Part shown: positions 62,951 through 64,000 of the stretch, in pieces
How positions within the stretch are numbered: position 1 is the stretch's first letter
Layout: each line of letters opens with the position of its first letter
Origin: Chiloscyllium plagiosum
Lineage: Eukaryota
Reading direction: 5' to 3'
NCBI RefSeq assembly: GCF_004010195.1
Contig: NC_057720.1
Location: 32,060,590 to 32,124,589, forward strand
DNA: 64,000 bases
Program-made: the position numbers and the translations under genes
The notes under the pieces: model-generated
The model's input: the letters and a program-made list of their open reading frames with translations, nothing else
Database searches by the model: none
Told to the model about the DNA's origin: nothing

Positions 62951-63957
62951 GTTGTGGTAATTTGGGAATTTCACTTTGACAGACTTTGACATACGCAATG
63001 TTGAAATGGGAACACATATTGAGCTGATGTTGCTGCCAAAATAAGGATCAGGCTGGTGATATTACCCATAAAATATGCATAATTATTATATTGGTTTGAG
63101 ATGAGTAGATACACTATTAAATTCAAATATCCAAGTTTGTATTGCTCCTCCATTAGCTTTGCCAGGATGACAGCTCATCCTCTTCCTCACCATTGACATC
63201 CAGTGAATGTCATGAAGTTGTGTAGTTATCTTGGAAATGCAAATACACTTAAGACTCGTAATTAATAGTAAGCACCCATTTGTTAAGATGATAGTGGCAA
63301 GGTCTACCTCTTGACATTGAAGATTTACACATTAAAGGAGAAAACAGTACAAATGTTGCAAGTCTCTGATACCCCATCTGAAGAGTTTCTGATCTATTTA
63401 TAAAATAGATCTATTTATAAAATAGATCAAGAAGCATTTCTGAAAGAGGCAGTGATCAGGTAGTAGGCTGTTGCCTTGAATTCCCTATAGCTGATTGCAA
63501 AATGCAAAATATAGGCAGCATATTTTCACCTCAACCAGGCAGTCTGTGGAAAAGGACGCCAAGACGGGGAATAAAGAAAAGATATCAAACTAATGTCAAG
63601 CAAGTAGGATTTACTTCATACACATTTGTATATGCATATTAACACATGAGGATAAAAATTATGGTCACGCTACATACTTCTTGCACACCCTGGATTTTAA
63701 TTGATCACCATGGGTGGCTGTGGCTTCATCTGCCTAGGTCCGAAGCATCATAATTCCCTAACTAAACCTCCCCTCCTTTCTACCTTTTAGTTCATAAAAC
63801 ATACTTCTTTAATCAAGCTTCTGGTCACCTCCCAACTTCTCTGTGTGTCGTTCAGCGTCAGGTTTTATTCACTGGCACTCCCGTGAGACATTTTGGGACA
63901 TTTTACTTAGTTAAAGATGCAGTTTAAATGCAAGTTCTTGTTGTTGTCCCTCTGCAG

Positions 63958-64000
63958 TATTTCAGCCTGCATTCACGTACCGCAGAAAGATTGTTAGATT
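63958..64000 (+). CDS. Possible next LRR gene exon, truncated by the window end (LFQPAFTYRRKIVR)
   Basis: Acceptor gtccctctgcag; open in phase 1 if the 59087 donor is used. Confidence 0.35.

Overview
Eukaryotic, repeat-rich vertebrate DNA, most likely an elasmobranch (shark), inferred from HE1/V-SINE-type SINEs, HER1/CR1 LINEs and shark-type foldback repeats. Almost all entries in the ORF track are decayed retroelement fragments or noise. Real content: (1) a spliced + strand gene the ORF track does not assemble (phase-consistent GT-AG exons from 35635 to about 59087, probably running past the window end) encoding an uncharacterised SDS22-like leucine-rich-repeat protein with an LRRcap, with a near-perfect RFX X-box palindrome upstream; (2) at least three sequence families of short foldback elements with minimal type I hammerhead ribozyme cores (CUGANGA-stem II-GAAA-palindromic stem III-NUH) and 12-15 bp target-site duplications, i.e. 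Penelope-like/retrozyme-type elements, including a 284-nt ribozyme-to-ribozyme monomer; (3) a near full-length CR1 with an esterase-type ORF1 and a near full-length L1 with TSDs lying sense in an intron; (4) decayed Gypsy, Harbinger and pogo remnants, a TA-flanked MITE, a 28-bp minisatellite and two assembly gaps. Repeat boundaries are approximate; family calls come from recognising motifs by eye, not from database searches.
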